Positions 1-10,344 of a stretch of 31,266 nucleotides of DNA are shown here, piece by piece. Location of the stretch: NCBI GenBank assembly GCA_031370645.1, contig JANMQV010000175.1, forward strand, positions 1-31,266. Reading direction: 5' to 3'. The notes below the pieces were generated by a model. The model made no database searches. It saw only the letters and a list, made by a program, of their open reading frames with translations, and had not been told where the DNA came from. Positions within the stretch are counted from its first letter, which is position 1; every line of letters begins with the position of its first letter. The translations under genes were made by a program, and so were the position numbers. Source of the DNA: Candidatus Eiseniibacteriota bacterium. Its GTDB lineage: Bacteria; Eisenbacteria; RBG-16-71-46; SZUA-252.

Positions 1-2
1 CG

Positions 3-425
3 ACTTGGGAGTTCCGCTCCCTGGTGGAGCAGTTGCGGCGCGAAGGAACGACGATTCTCCTCTGCTCGCACCTCCTCGCCGAAGTCGAGCGCGTGGCCGA
101 CCGGGTCCTCATTCTGCTCCACGGAAAGCGCGCGGCGCTCGAGTCGCTGAGCACGCTCCGGGAACGGCAGGTGACCGCGACGAGGCTTGTCATCGAATTC
201 CGAGACGAGACCGCTCCGGCGCGGAGCCGGCTCGAAGCGGCCGGGTTCCCTTGCGAGACACTCGACGCGCGACGGCTCGTGATCGACGGCGCCGAGGGGC
301 GCGGCGTGGCGGCTCTCGATCTCCTGCGGGACGGCGGCGTCGCCATTCGGTCGTTCGAGCTCTCGCGTCCGACGCTCGAGGAACTCTTCCTCTCCGTCGT
401 CCGCGGACGGGGGAACGATGCGTAG
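3..425 (+). CDS. ABC transporter ATP-binding protein, C-terminal part (NosF-like), truncated by window start
   Basis: Frame is open from the window edge; H-loop region 'TTILLCSHLLAEVERVADRV' and C-terminal 'PTLEELFL' are typical of ABC-2 ATPases; upstream of a NosY-like permease. Confidence 0.85.
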   Translation, partial: TWEFRSLVEQLRREGTTILLCSHLLAEVERVADRVLILLHGKRAALESLSTLRERQVTATRLVIEFRDETAPARSRLEAAGFPCETLDARRLVIDGAEGRGVAALDLLRDGGVAIRSFELSRPTLEELFLSVVRGRGNDA

Positions 426-485
426 GCCACGGGCTACCGCCGCGCTTGCCGCGCCGAGGCTCCTCGCTACGGCGGGAGGCGCGTG

Positions 486-899
486 ATGAATCGCCCTTAC
501 CTTCGACTCGCCCTCGCCGTGCTTGTCGTAGGAGTCGCCCTCGGTCTCCTATCGCGACTCCCTCGGCGCGAGCCCGCAAGACTTCATCCGACGCCTGCCG
601 CCGCGCGCATCGTGGTCTCCGTCGAGCTCGGCGCCGACGGCTCGGTCACGACCGATCCAACGTCGGTCCCGAAAGGGGCGTTCCTGATGCTCCGCGCCGT
701 GAATCTTGGGACCCTCCCCCGCACGCTCTCCCTCTCGGGGTACGAGGAGCGCCTCCGGCTGGTAGTCACACCGGGCGAATTCGCCCACGCGATCCTCCGC
801 GCCGATCGACCCGGAAGCGACCTCGCCTGGCTGGTGAATGGAACTCCGACGGGACGATTCGCGGTGACCGGGTCGCACCTCGAGGAGGAAACACCGTGA
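486..899 (+). CDS. Membrane-anchored protein with a cupredoxin-like beta domain, no obvious Cu ligand set
   Basis: GGAGG precedes GTG483/ATG486; N-terminal TM helix; 'PTSVPKGAFLMLRAVN...ADRPG' resembles cupredoxin strands; stop overlaps the next start (GTGA). Confidence 0.55.
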   Translation: MNRPYLRLALAVLVVGVALGLLSRLPRREPARLHPTPAAARIVVSVELGADGSVTTDPTSVPKGAFLMLRAVNLGTLPRTLSLSGYEERLRLVVTPGEFAHAILRADRPGSDLAWLVNGTPTGRFAVTGSHLEEETP

Positions 900-1735
900 G
901 TCGCGCCGGACGCTTCCGTCGCATTCGAATCGTCGCGGCGGAGGAATACCGCCGCGCGCTCGAGACGCGCTGGCTCTTCGCCTTCACGGCGCTCTTCGCG
1001 CTCCTCGTGCTCGGGCTCTCCTATTTCGGGCTCGCGCAGAGCCGCGAAGTGGGGTTCCAGGGATTCTCGCGTGTGACGCTCAGCCTGATGAACCTCGTGC
1101 TCTTTCTCGTCCCGCTGACGGGGCTCGTCGTCGGAGTCGGGAGCGTGGCGGGCGGAGGGGACGCGCTGCCGCTCCTTCTCGCGCAGCCGGTCTCTCGAGG
1201 CGAGGTCCTCATCGGAAAGTACCTCGGACTCTGCGCGGCGCTCGGTGCGGCGCAAGCGCTCGGATTCGGGGGCGGGGGCGTCGTCGTCGCGTTCCAGGCC
1301 GGGAGCGAGCAGATCGCCGGGTTCGCGGCCCTCACGTTCCTCTCGTTCGTTCTCGGCTGCCTCTCGCTTTCGGCCGCGCTCTGCATCGCCTCGATCTTCC
1401 CCGATCGCTTGCGAGCGCTCTCGGCGGCGCTATTTCTCTGGCTTCTAATGGTGGTGCTCTATGATGTGGCCGTCCTCGGCGCCACCGCGATCCTCCGTGG
1501 CGTGCCGCTCCAGGCCGTTCTTATTCCGGCGCTCCTCGTCAATCCGGTCGACCTGGTCCGAATCCTCATCACGATCGCCGTCGGATCGGGCGCCCTCTTC
1601 GGGCCCACTTCCGCCGTCCTCGTCAAATTCTTCGGCGGTTTCGGCGGCGCCTTCGTGGCGCTCGCCGTGCTCGCAATGGAAACCGTCGTGCCGTTCCTCG
1701 TGGCGCTCCGCGTCTTTCGTCGAAGGGATTGGTGA
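896..1735 (+). CDS. nosY: ABC-2 type permease, NosY-like
   Basis: GAGGAGG then GTG896; 'RWLFAFTALFALLVLGLSYFG', 'LLLAQPVSRGEVLIGKYLG', 'LLVNPVDLVR', C-terminal 'FRRRD'. Confidence 0.75.
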   Translation: MSRAGRFRRIRIVAAEEYRRALETRWLFAFTALFALLVLGLSYFGLAQSREVGFQGFSRVTLSLMNLVLFLVPLTGLVVGVGSVAGGGDALPLLLAQPVSRGEVLIGKYLGLCAALGAAQALGFGGGGVVVAFQAGSEQIAGFAALTFLSFVLGCLSLSAALCIASIFPDRLRALSAALFLWLLMVVLYDVAVLGATAILRGVPLQAVLIPALLVNPVDLVRILITIAVGSGALFGPTSAVLVKFFGGFGGAFVALAVLAMETVVPFLVALRVFRRRDW

Positions 1736-1738
1736 CGT

Positions 1739-2944
1739 GTGACGATTCCGCTTCCCGTCCGTGAGGCGCCGAGAGTCATTCCGGGGCGCGAGCCCTACCG
1801 GCGGCTCTTCCCGCTCGGCATCGTCATCGGATGGACCGGGGTGGGACTCTGGATCGCGCACGCGGCGGGGTGGATCGCCTACCCGGGAACGCTTCACGCC
1901 ACGCTCCTTCTCCTCGGATTTCAACAATGTTTCGTCCTCGGCTTTCTCATGACGGCGATGCCATCTTTTCTCCACGCTCCGCATTGCCGAACGGCGGAAC
2001 TTGCGGCGGCGCTCGCGCTGGTCGGGGCCACGGCGACCAGCGCGCTTTTCGATTGGGGTACGGCGGCGGGTCTCTTCTATCTCGGAAGCCTCGGGGTTCC
2101 GGTCTGGATGGCGGTGAGCCGCCTCATGGGAAAAGAGCACGGTCCCCCTCCCGAGGAATTCATCCTGGTGGCGGCGGGCTTCGCGACGGGGATGGTCGGC
2201 GCGGTATGGATGGTGGGCGCAGCGGCGGGACTCTGGACCGAACCCGCTCCACGTTTCGGTCTCCGGCTGATCGGATTCGGAATGATTCTCCCGGTCGTCC
2301 TCGGCGTTGGCGGACTTCTCGTCCCTACCTTCATGGCGATGCGGGAGCCGCTCACGATACCGGGCATCGCGCGCGCGCATGAGCGCGGGCCGCGGCGCGT
2401 GCTCTACGCCCTCATCGTTCTCTTCTTAGTCGGCGCCGTCGCGATGGAGGGATCCGGACTCCCGATCGCCGCCGCCTGGATTCGCGCCATCGTCGGGAGC
2501 GTGCTCCTTCTTTGGGTCTGGAAACTCTTCCGCCTTCCGGGGCGCGCCGACCGACTCTCCTACGCGCTCTGGTCCTCCGGATGGCTCCTCTTCATCGGAC
2601 TCTGGCTCGGCGTCCTCGTTCCGGCGCGGCCGCTTCTCGGAGAGCACGTGGTCTTCATCGGCGGGTTTGGATTCCTCACGCTCGGTATCGCGACCCGCGT
2701 CGTGGTGCGACACGGTGGCTATCCGCTCGCGTTCGAATCGCGCGTGATCGGAATCGCGGCGCTCGCCTTCCTCGGCCTGGCGCTTTTGCTTCGCGCGTTG
2801 GCCGAGCCGCTCGATCCGGCCGGCGCCGCGAAGACGTGGACGCTCGCCGCCGCGGCCGCCGCCTGGATGGCTGCCTGGGGGCGATGGGCTTGGAAGGCCG
2901 TGCCGCTCGCGCTCCGCCTCCCGCCCAACTCGCCGAAGCCGTAG
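1739..2944 (+). CDS. nnrS: NnrS family membrane protein (NO stress)
   Basis: 'EPYRRLFPLG', 'HATLLLLGF...LGFLMTAMP', 'HVVFIGGFG...ATRVVVRHGG'; many TM segments. Confidence 0.8.
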   Translation: MTIPLPVREAPRVIPGREPYRRLFPLGIVIGWTGVGLWIAHAAGWIAYPGTLHATLLLLGFQQCFVLGFLMTAMPSFLHAPHCRTAELAAALALVGATATSALFDWGTAAGLFYLGSLGVPVWMAVSRLMGKEHGPPPEEFILVAAGFATGMVGAVWMVGAAAGLWTEPAPRFGLRLIGFGMILPVVLGVGGLLVPTFMAMREPLTIPGIARAHERGPRRVLYALIVLFLVGAVAMEGSGLPIAAAWIRAIVGSVLLLWVWKLFRLPGRADRLSYALWSSGWLLFIGLWLGVLVPARPLLGEHVVFIGGFGFLTLGIATRVVVRHGGYPLAFESRVIGIAALAFLGLALLLRALAEPLDPAGAAKTWTLAAAAAAWMAAWGRWAWKAVPLALRLPPNSPKP

Positions 2945-3005
2945 CGATCCAGCGCGCGCTTTCAGGACGCAGCCAGCTTCCTTGGCCGGCGACCCGTGAA
3001 GGGTC

Positions 3006-3011
3006 TAGAGT
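3006..3011 (+). promoter_or_regulatory. -10 element (TAGAGT) 6 nt before ATG3018; candidate leaderless promoter
   Basis: TANNNT hexamer at leaderless spacing. Confidence 0.4.
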
Positions 3012-3017
3012 GAAGGG

Positions 3018-4268
3018 ATGATGCTCAGCTGGGAAGATGCTCGCGCCATCGCCGTGGCGGCACTGGGAGGAGCGGCCATCGGCGTGGAGCGCCAGTGGTC
3101 TGGACATGCGGCGGGCCCAGCGGCTCGGATCGGCGGAGTCCGAACCTTCACCCTGCTCGGCATTCTGGGCGGACTCGCGGGCTGGCTCTGGCTGCAGGGA
3201 GAGCCGCTGCTCGGTGCCGCGCTCCTCCTCGCCGGCGGAGCGCTGGTAGTCGCGGGCTACGCCGCCGTCAGCCATCGCGATCCGGACGGCACCACGGAGG
3301 TGGCCGCCCTCGTGGTGCTCGCCACCGGAACCCTCGCGGGAGCCGCGCACCTCCAACTCGCGAGCGCGGTCGTCGCTGTGACCGCCCTCCTCCTCGTCGA
3401 GAAGTCGCGCCTTCACAAGGCAGTGGCCCGGCTCGACGACGCGGAGATCCGGGCCGGCGTCCGCTTCGCCGTGATGGCGATCGTGATCCTTCCGCTTCTC
3501 CCCGAGGGACCCTTCGGGCCGTGGGGCGGCGTTCGTCCTCGCGAGCTCTGGATCTGGGTCCTTCTCTTCTCCGGCCTGAGCTTCCTCGGATTCATCCTAC
3601 GGCGCGCGGTCAGCCCCGGACGCGGCGATCTCGTGGCGGGCCTTCTCGGCGGGGCCGTCTCCTCCACCAGTGTCACCTTCACCTTCGCGCGAGCGAGCCG
3701 CGCTCATCCCGCGCGCTCGCGCCCCCTCGCGTTCGGCGTCCTCGCCGCGTGCGCCGTGATGATCCTGCGCGTCGTTGTCGCGGCCTCGATCCTCAATCCG
3801 CGTCTCGCCTGGGCCCTCCTCCCGTATCTGTCTCCTCCACTCCTCGTCTTCACCCTCGGGACGCTGGGCGGCCTTCGCCGTCAGGAATCCCGCGAGGGCA
3901 CGACGGAGAGCCCGGGGAATCCGCTCGAGATCTGGCCCGCGCTCCAGATGACCGCTATCTTCCAGGCGGTCCTCTTCGTCGTGCACGAGGTGGGAACCGC
4001 ATTCGGCGGCGTCGGGCTTGCGGTGAGCGGCGCGATCCTCGGATTGACCGACATCGACGCGCTGACAATGTCGATGGCGCGCCTGGCCGCGGCCCCTGAA
4101 GCGCTTCACGTCGCGGCTCTCGCCATCGCCGTTGGCGTCCTCTCGAACACGCTCTTCAAGCTGGTGGTCGCGGTGGTCGCGGGGAGCGGGGCCATGCGGA
4201 CGCTTCTGCCGAGCATCCTCGCCGCTTCGGCGGCGGCCTCTCTCGCCGCGATCATCTGGATCCGTTGA
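3018..4268 (+). CDS. MgtC/SapB family membrane protein with DUF4010
   Basis: 'GAAIGVERQW', 'GGVRTFTLLG', 'GTTEVAAL', 'GGAVSSTSVT', 'GLTDIDA'. Confidence 0.9.
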   Translation: MMLSWEDARAIAVAALGGAAIGVERQWSGHAAGPAARIGGVRTFTLLGILGGLAGWLWLQGEPLLGAALLLAGGALVVAGYAAVSHRDPDGTTEVAALVVLATGTLAGAAHLQLASAVVAVTALLLVEKSRLHKAVARLDDAEIRAGVRFAVMAIVILPLLPEGPFGPWGGVRPRELWIWVLLFSGLSFLGFILRRAVSPGRGDLVAGLLGGAVSSTSVTFTFARASRAHPARSRPLAFGVLAACAVMILRVVVAASILNPRLAWALLPYLSPPLLVFTLGTLGGLRRQESREGTTESPGNPLEIWPALQMTAIFQAVLFVVHEVGTAFGGVGLAVSGAILGLTDIDALTMSMARLAAAPEALHVAALAIAVGVLSNTLFKLVVAVVAGSGAMRTLLPSILAASAAASLAAIIWIR

Positions 4269-4867
4269 ACCAGTCCGAGCCCCGCTCCGCGCTCCCGGCC
4301 GATTTCCTCTTCGTCTTCGCGGGCGCCGACGATCGGAAGTACTTCGCGATCGACGCGTGGCGGAAGGGGCGCGGCAAGACGCTCGTGGTGAGCGTCGCGC
4401 GATTCGAGTGGCGCCGTGTGCCCGCGCTCGGGCTCCCCGGGGAAGGCGGACTCTTGGCGCTGGTCGAAGCGACTCCCCCGGTACGGCGGCTTTTTCAGCT
4501 CGTCGTCGCGGGAGAGTCGGTGGAAGCGCGCGTCGTACCGAAGGGGCGCTGGGGAACGTGGAGCGAGGCGGTGGCGTTCGCACGGCTGGTGCGGGAGCGA
4601 AAAGCCGAGTCGCTGCTCGTCTGCACGAGTGACTACCATTTGCCGCGCGCGCTCCTCTCGGTCCGCCGCGCACTCGCGCGGACGGCCGGACCGCCCTGTA
4701 CCGTCACGGGCCTCGGGTTCCACGAGCGTCCCGGCTCTCCGCTCGAGGCGTCGCGCCGTTGGCGCTCCCCTCTCGCCTGGATCGCGCTCGCATTCGAGGG
4801 GGTGAAGTACCTCGTCTACTGGCTCGGAATTCCCACCCTCTTCGATCGACACGAGACGGATCGCTGA
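4265..4867 (+). CDS. YdcF/DUF218 (ElyC/SanA-like) protein
   Basis: 'GTWSEA', 'LLVCTSDYHLPRA', C-terminal 'EGVKYLVY'; TTG start overlaps the upstream stop. Confidence 0.7.
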   Translation: MNQSEPRSALPADFLFVFAGADDRKYFAIDAWRKGRGKTLVVSVARFEWRRVPALGLPGEGGLLALVEATPPVRRLFQLVVAGESVEARVVPKGRWGTWSEAVAFARLVRERKAESLLVCTSDYHLPRALLSVRRALARTAGPPCTVTGLGFHERPGSPLEASRRWRSPLAWIALAFEGVKYLVYWLGIPTLFDRHETDR

Positions 4868-4874
4868 AGCAGCC

Positions 4875-6263
4875 TTAGGAAACGAGCCACCCCGCCTGCT
4901 CGAGGGCGCGCCACGCGTCGGCCTCGCCTCGGTCCATGAGCGGCACGGCATTTCGAGGCGAATACGCGAGCACACCGCCGGGAAGCGGCGCGTCCGGTTC
5001 CACGACGCAGAGCCGCCGGGGCATCGCGGAGAGGTACCAGTCGGCGGGCAACCCCCTCAGCTCGTGCTGCAGGTCACGCCAACCCGCGATGTCGAGATAG
5101 CGCCCCCAGAGTTCCACGATGGTCCGCGGCGCCTCCGCGACGGGCGGACCTCCGCTCGGCGCGACCACCACGACGAGCGCCGCGTCGGCGTCGGCATAGA
5201 GCGCGGCGCGGAGCGGATGGGTCGAGAGCGCCACGGCGTCGAGATACTCGTGCCCTCGCACCGACGCCGGCTCGAAGAAGAGCGGGATGGCGCTCGACGC
5301 CACCGCCGCGTCCATGACCTCCTCCGGCGTCCGCACGGACACGACCTCGCCGAGCGTCGTCTCGGCTCGCTCATGAAACGCAGCGCTCGGCTCGGCGCCG
5401 GCAACGAACATTGCGACGCGGCCTGTCTCGAGCGAGAGTCCGGTGAGGATCACGACAGGCGCGCCGCTGACCAAACGTGCGGCCGACCCCTGGCGGACGA
5501 GATCGGTAAGCACCTGCCGTCTCGCGACGTCGCCCCACAGTCCGCGCCCTCTCGACTCCGGGAGAAGGTGGCTGAAGAGGCGGCGAACCCAGGCGCCGGA
5601 GCGGCCCGGTTTCGCCGCGATCCAGAGCACGACGGCGAGCACAAAAAGTGTCGCGCTGAATCGATGGGGCCACGGAATTCCCGTAACCCAGACAATAAGG
5701 TGAAGCACGGCCCACCCTCCGAGCACATAGGCGATCCGCTTGTGGGTGCGGCGCCCGCCTCCCGGCACGGTCGCCTTCGCCAGAACCGCCTCCGTCTCCC
5801 GCGATCCGCGAAGAATCAAAACGCCGGCGACCGAGACGAGCGCCCACGCGAAGGTATCGAGGAGAACGGAGCCGCGGCCGAGGCCGTGAACACCCTGACC
5901 TTGGAGCCACGACGCGAGGCTCAGCTCGGGCGAACCGAGAATCGCGAGCCCCGCCTCGAACGTGCCGAGCACCACCAGAAACGCGCCGAAGGCGCGCCCG
6001 GCGAGCGTGCTCCAGCGAAATCCGATCGTGGAAGGCTCGATCCGTTTCCAGACTTCCTCGAGCCGGTCGGTCGCCAGCCCCGCCGCGACCCAGCAGACGG
6101 CGTTCAGCGCCCCCGCCGACGCGCCCGCGACGATCGCCGGTTCGAGCCCCGCGCTTCGGATCGCGCGGAGGACGCCGACTTCGTACGCGCCGAGCGCGCC
6201 TCCGCCGGAAAGAACGACCGCGATCCGGCGAAATGGAAGATCGCTTCGCAGAGTGCGTGCCAT
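4875..6263 (-). CDS. Patatin-like phospholipase with a central multi-TM insertion
   Basis: 'VLSGGGALG' oxyanion motif, 'GASAG' nucleophile elbow, 'ASSAIPLFF', Asp in 'YLDAV'; hydrophobic helices between Ser and Asp. Confidence 0.85.
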   Translation of the reverse strand: MARTLRSDLPFRRIAVVLSGGGALGAYEVGVLRAIRSAGLEPAIVAGASAGALNAVCWVAAGLATDRLEEVWKRIEPSTIGFRWSTLAGRAFGAFLVVLGTFEAGLAILGSPELSLASWLQGQGVHGLGRGSVLLDTFAWALVSVAGVLILRGSRETEAVLAKATVPGGGRRTHKRIAYVLGGWAVLHLIVWVTGIPWPHRFSATLFVLAVVLWIAAKPGRSGAWVRRLFSHLLPESRGRGLWGDVARRQVLTDLVRQGSAARLVSGAPVVILTGLSLETGRVAMFVAGAEPSAAFHERAETTLGEVVSVRTPEEVMDAAVASSAIPLFFEPASVRGHEYLDAVALSTHPLRAALYADADAALVVVVAPSGGPPVAEAPRTIVELWGRYLDIAGWRDLQHELRGLPADWYLSAMPRRLCVVEPDAPLPGGVLAYSPRNAVPLMDRGEADAWRALEQAGWLVS

Positions 6264-6281
6264 CCGGCTATCCTACCCGGC
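6264..6281. promoter_or_regulatory. Overlapping divergent -10 elements (TATCCT on +, TAGGAT on -) in an 18-bp gap between two ATGs
   Basis: TATCCT 6269-6274 is 7 nt before ATG6282; minus-strand TAGGAT 6275-6270 is 6 nt before ATG6263; no convincing SD. Confidence 0.6.
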
Positions 6282-6947
6282 ATGTCGCTCCAATACGATC
6301 CCCAAGCCGCCGCGCTCGCGCTGGCCGAAGCGGATCCTCCGCTCGGGCGAGTCATCGAGGAGGTGGGCCACTGCGGCATCCGGCTCACGAGCGCGAGCAC
6401 CCCGTTCGCCTCCCTCGTCGAATCGATCACCTACCAGCAAATCACCGGGCACGCCGCGTCGCGCATTCTCGGACGCGTCGTCGCACTCTACCGTCCGCGC
6501 CGCTTTCCGCGCCCGGAGGACCTCCTGGCCACGCCGGACGATACGCTTCGCGCGGCGGGGCTCTCGCGCACGAAGGTCGCGTCCATGAAAGACCTCGCCG
6601 CCAAGTGTCTCGACGGGACGGTGCCGCCGCTTCGATCGCTGAGGCGTCTGGAGGACGGAGAGATCGTGGAGCGCCTGACCGCCGTGCGTGGCATCGGGCA
6701 GTGGACGGTGGAGATGCTTCTCATCTTCCGCCTCGGCCGTCCCGATGTCATGCCGGCCACCGACTACGGCGTGCGGAAGGGATTCCAAACGACATTTCGC
6801 ACGCGGGGACTTCCGACGCCGGCGCAGATCTTCAAGCGCGCGGAGCGATGGCGCCCCTATCGTTCGGTCGCGGCCTGGTACCTCTGGCGGGCGCTCGATC
6901 TGAAGAAGAAGGCGGAGGGAGCGAAACCGGGCGGCGGGAGGGCGTGA
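6282..6947 (+). CDS. alkA: DNA-3-methyladenine glycosylase II (AlkA family, HhH-GPD)
   Basis: 'FASLVESITYQQI', HhH 'LTAVRGIGQWTVEM', 'PDVMPATDYGVR', 'WRPYRSVAAWYLW'. Confidence 0.9.
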   Translation: MSLQYDPQAAALALAEADPPLGRVIEEVGHCGIRLTSASTPFASLVESITYQQITGHAASRILGRVVALYRPRRFPRPEDLLATPDDTLRAAGLSRTKVASMKDLAAKCLDGTVPPLRSLRRLEDGEIVERLTAVRGIGQWTVEMLLIFRLGRPDVMPATDYGVRKGFQTTFRTRGLPTPAQIFKRAERWRPYRSVAAWYLWRALDLKKKAEGAKPGGGRA

Positions 6948-7095
6948 CGCGCGGAGGCGTGGGCGGCGGCGGCGCTCGGCGCGCCCGAGATCGAGAAGTC
7001 TACGTGCGGCGCCGCGGCCCCGGCGCCACGAGGGTCGATTCCACCTCGGAGCAAAGATTCGTCCAGGGCGGCCTTCGCCCGAAGCCCACCCGGCT

Positions 7096-10000
7096 TCAGA
7101 CCGACGCCTCCAGCACGGCGCCGGGGACGCCGGCCGGAACGCCCGCGAGAACATCTTCCTCGTGGATTTCCTGGAGGCTCACCACGTCGAGCGGCCGGTC
7201 GCGGAGCGCCCGGATCGCCTCCACCGTGGCGGCGGAGGCGGTGAGCGTCGTCAAGCAGAGGACACCGTAGAGAATCGCCGTCTTCCGGATGGCGCCGTCG
7301 TCGTAGAACGACTCCTCCCCGAGCGGCGTGTTGATCACGAGATCGATGCCGTGGCTCTTGATCCGGTCGACGATGTTCGGGCGTCCCTCGTTCACCTTAT
7401 AGATCGTCTCGGCGGGCACGCCCTGGGCGCTTAGGTACGCGGCCGTCCCCCGCGTCGCCACGATCGAGAAGCCCATCTCCTGAAGCGCGCGCGCGTGCGG
7501 CAGAACGCCGGCCTTGTCGCGGTCGTTCACGCTCACGAACGCGGTTCCGGAGCATGGAAGCTTCGATCCGGCCCCCGCGAGGGCCTTTGCGAAGGCGACC
7601 CCGACGCTCTTCGATATCCCCATCACCTCGCCGGTCGATTTCATTTCCGGTCCGAGGAGAATGTCGGCGCCCGGAAACTTCAAGAACGGGAAGACCGGAG
7701 CCTTCACGAAGAATCGATCGACCGTGAGGTCGCGGGTGATTCCCTGGGCGGCGAGCGTCTTGCCCACCATGATGCGGGCCGCCACCTTCGCGAGCGGCAC
7801 GCCGGTCGCCTTGCTGATGAACGGAACGGTGCGAGAGGCGCGCGGGTTCACTTCCAGCACAAAGACCGAGTCGTTCTGGATGGCGAACTGGATGTTCATG
7901 AGTCCCCGAACGCCGAGCGCCAAGCCGAGCCGCCGGGTCATGTCGCGGATCCGCTCGAGCTGACTTTCGGGGATCTTGTACGTCGGGAGCACCATGGAGG
8001 AGTCGCCGCTGTGGATTCCCGCTTCCTCGATGTGTTCGAGAATTCCCCCGATGACGACCCGTTCCCCGTCGGCCACCGCGTCGACGTCGACTTCATAGGC
8101 GTCCTCGAGAAAGCGGTCCACCAGGATCGGATGCTCGGGCGAAGCCTTCACCGCTTCGCGCACGTATTCCTCGAGGTGCGACTCGTCGTAGACGATCGCC
8201 ATCGCGCGCCCGCCGAGCACATAGGAGGGGCGGACGAGTACCGGATAGCCGATCCGCCGCGCCACGATCTTCGCCTCCTCGAGGGAGGTCGCCGTGCCGC
8301 TCTCGGGCTGCGGGATGTCGAGACGGTCGAGGAGTTCTCGAAAGCGCTTCCGATCTTCGGCCAAGTCGATCGCGTCGGGGCTCGTCCCGAGGATCCGCAC
8401 GCCTGCGCCGTGAAGCGCGACCGCCAGGCGAAGGGGCGTTTGTCCACCGAATTGAATGACCACCCCCTCGGGGCGCTCCTTCTCGACGACGTTCATCACG
8501 TCCTCGAACGTGAGCGGCTCGAAGTAGAGACGGTCGGAAGTGTCGTAGTCGGTGGAGACGGTCTCGGGGTTGCAGTTCACCATGATCGTCTCGAAGCCCT
8601 CCTCCTTGAAGGCGAAGGCTCCGTGGCAGCAGGCGTAGTCGAACTCGATCCCCTGCCCGATCCGGTTCGGCCCGCTTCCGAGAATCATGACCTTTCGGCG
8701 GTCGGTCGGTTCGGCCTCGCACTCCTGCTCGTAGGTCGAGTAGAGGTACGGCGTGTGCGACTCGAACTCGGCCGCGCAGGTGTCGACCCGCTTGAAGACG
8801 GGAACGATCCCGGCCGCTTTGCGCCGCGCCCGGAGCGCCGCCTCGGTGACGCCCGTGAGCCGTGCGATCCGCGCGTCGGAGAAGCCGTAGCGCTTTGCTT
8901 CGCGGAGGATCTCGTCCGACATCCCCGGAACGATTCTTTCTTTCAGTTCCGCGATCTGTCCGATCTGGTCCAGGAACCACGGATCGATGCCCGTCAGCCG
9001 CCCCACATCTTCTTGTTTCCAGCCAAGTTCCAGCGCTCGCTTCACGTAGAGGATTCGGTCGGGATCGGCGGTGACGAGCTTCTCCTTGATGCGATTGTCG
9101 TCGAGGTCGCTCTTCCCGAATCCCTCTCCACCGGTCTCTAGTCCGCGGAGTCCCTTCTGAAGGGCTTCCTTGAATGTCCGACCGATCGCCATGACTTCGC
9201 CGACCGACTTCATCTGAGTTCCCAACCGAGGGTCGGCGTCGCGGAATTTCTCGAACGCCCAGCGCGGAATCTTCACGACGACGTAGTCGATGACCGGTTC
9301 GAAAGAGGCGGGCGTGACACGGGTGATGTCGTTCTGAATTTCGTCGAGGCGGTAGCCGATGGCGAGGAGCGCCGCAATCTTTGCGATCGGGAACCCCGTC
9401 GCCTTGCTGGCGAGCGCCGAAGAGCGGGAAACGCGCGGATTCATCTCGACCACAACGAGGCGGCCGTTTTCCGGGTTCACCGCGAATTGGATGTTCGATC
9501 CGCCCGTTTCGACACCGACCTCGCGGATGATCGCGCGCGAGGCGTCGCGCATCGCCTGGTATTCGCGGTCGGTCAGCGTCTGCGCCGGGGCGACCGTTAC
9601 CGAGTCGCCGGTGTGGATCCCCATCGGGTCGAAATTCTCGATCGAGCAGATGACGACGAAGTTGTCGGCGCAGTCGCGCATCACTTCGAGCTCGTACTCT
9701 TTCCACCCGATGACCGACTCCTCGATGAGAACTTCCTTCACCGGGGAGAGCTCGAGCCCGCGCGACACGATTTCGTCGAACTCCTCGACGTTGTAGGCGA
9801 TACCGCCGCCCGTCCCGCCGAGCGTGAAGGAGGGGCGAACGACGGCCGGGAGCGAGGTCGTGTCGAGGACGCCCCGCGCCTCCTCCACGGTCTTGGCGAA
9901 GCCGCTTCGCGGCACGTCGAGTCCGATGCGCGCCATCGCCTCTTTGAAGAGTCGCCGATCCTCCCCGACCTCCACCGCGCGGCGACTGGCTCCGATGAGG

Positions 10001-10341
10001 CGGACGCCGAGGCGGTCGAGGACGCCGCGGGCCGACAGTTCGACCGCGAGGTTGAGCGCCGTCTGGCCGCCCACCGTGGGAAGTAACGCATCGGGACGTT
10101 CCCGTTCCAAGACCGCTTCCAGTACCTCGGGCGTGAGCGGTTCGATGTAGGTCCGGTCCGCGTACTCGGGGTCGGTCATGATCGTCGCGGGATTCGAATT
10201 CACGAGCGAGACGCGGATCCCCTCGCTCCGAAGCGCCTTCACCGCCTGCGTGCCGGAGTAGTCGAATTCACACGCCTGCCCGATGACGATGGGGCCGGAG
10301 CCGATGACGAGGACGGAGCGGATGGTACCGTCGCGCGGCAT
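7096..10341 (-). CDS. carB: Carbamoyl-phosphate synthase large subunit
   Basis: '[17 protein letters not shown]', duplicated ATP-grasp domains, '[16 protein letters not shown]', C-terminal MGS domain; 1081 aa. Confidence 0.99.
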   Translation of the reverse strand: MPRDGTIRSVLVIGSGPIVIGQACEFDYSGTQAVKALRSEGIRVSLVNSNPATIMTDPEYADRTYIEPLTPEVLEAVLERERPDALLPTVGGQTALNLAVELSARGVLDRLGVRLIGASRRAVEVGEDRRLFKEAMARIGLDVPRSGFAKTVEEARGVLDTTSLPAVVRPSFTLGGTGGGIAYNVEEFDEIVSRGLELSPVKEVLIEESVIGWKEYELEVMRDCADNFVVICSIENFDPMGIHTGDSVTVAPAQTLTDREYQAMRDASRAIIREVGVETGGSNIQFAVNPENGRLVVVEMNPRVSRSSALASKATGFPIAKIAALLAIGYRLDEIQNDITRVTPASFEPVIDYVVVKIPRWAFEKFRDADPRLGTQMKSVGEVMAIGRTFKEALQKGLRGLETGGEGFGKSDLDDNRIKEKLVTADPDRILYVKRALELGWKQEDVGRLTGIDPWFLDQIGQIAELKERIVPGMSDEILREAKRYGFSDARIARLTGVTEAALRARRKAAGIVPVFKRVDTCAAEFESHTPYLYSTYEQECEAEPTDRRKVMILGSGPNRIGQGIEFDYACCHGAFAFKEEGFETIMVNCNPETVSTDYDTSDRLYFEPLTFEDVMNVVEKERPEGVVIQFGGQTPLRLAVALHGAGVRILGTSPDAIDLAEDRKRFRELLDRLDIPQPESGTATSLEEAKIVARRIGYPVLVRPSYVLGGRAMAIVYDESHLEEYVREAVKASPEHPILVDRFLEDAYEVDVDAVADGERVVIGGILEHIEEAGIHSGDSSMVLPTYKIPESQLERIRDMTRRLGLALGVRGLMNIQFAIQNDSVFVLEVNPRASRTVPFISKATGVPLAKVAARIMVGKTLAAQGITRDLTVDRFFVKAPVFPFLKFPGADILLGPEMKSTGEVMGISKSVGVAFAKALAGAGSKLPCSGTAFVSVNDRDKAGVLPHARALQEMGFSIVATRGTAAYLSAQGVPAETIYKVNEGRPNIVDRIKSHGIDLVINTPLGEESFYDDGAIRKTAILYGVLCLTTLTASAATVEAIRALRDRPLDVVSLQEIHEEDVLAGVPAGVPGAVLEASV

Positions 10342-10344
10342 GTT

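Noticed and set aside
418-486. 22-codon ORF (ATG418-TGA486) bridging the ATPase and the next gene
   Set aside because: Too short and featureless to support; may be chance or the remnant of a longer N-terminus
5-895. N-terminal extension of the 576-aa ORF 5..1735
   Set aside because: Arg/Pro-rich off-frame read-through overlapping two better genes; the permease starts at GTG896 after a strong SD
5064-6281. N-terminal extension of the 627-aa ORF (apparent AlkA fusion)
   Set aside because: Antisense shadow of the patatin gene; AlkA similarity begins at ATG6282
6948-7095. Short hairpins in the convergent alkA-carB gap
   Set aside because: GC-rich stems of about 5-6 bp with no U tract; no recognisable ncRNA or clear terminator
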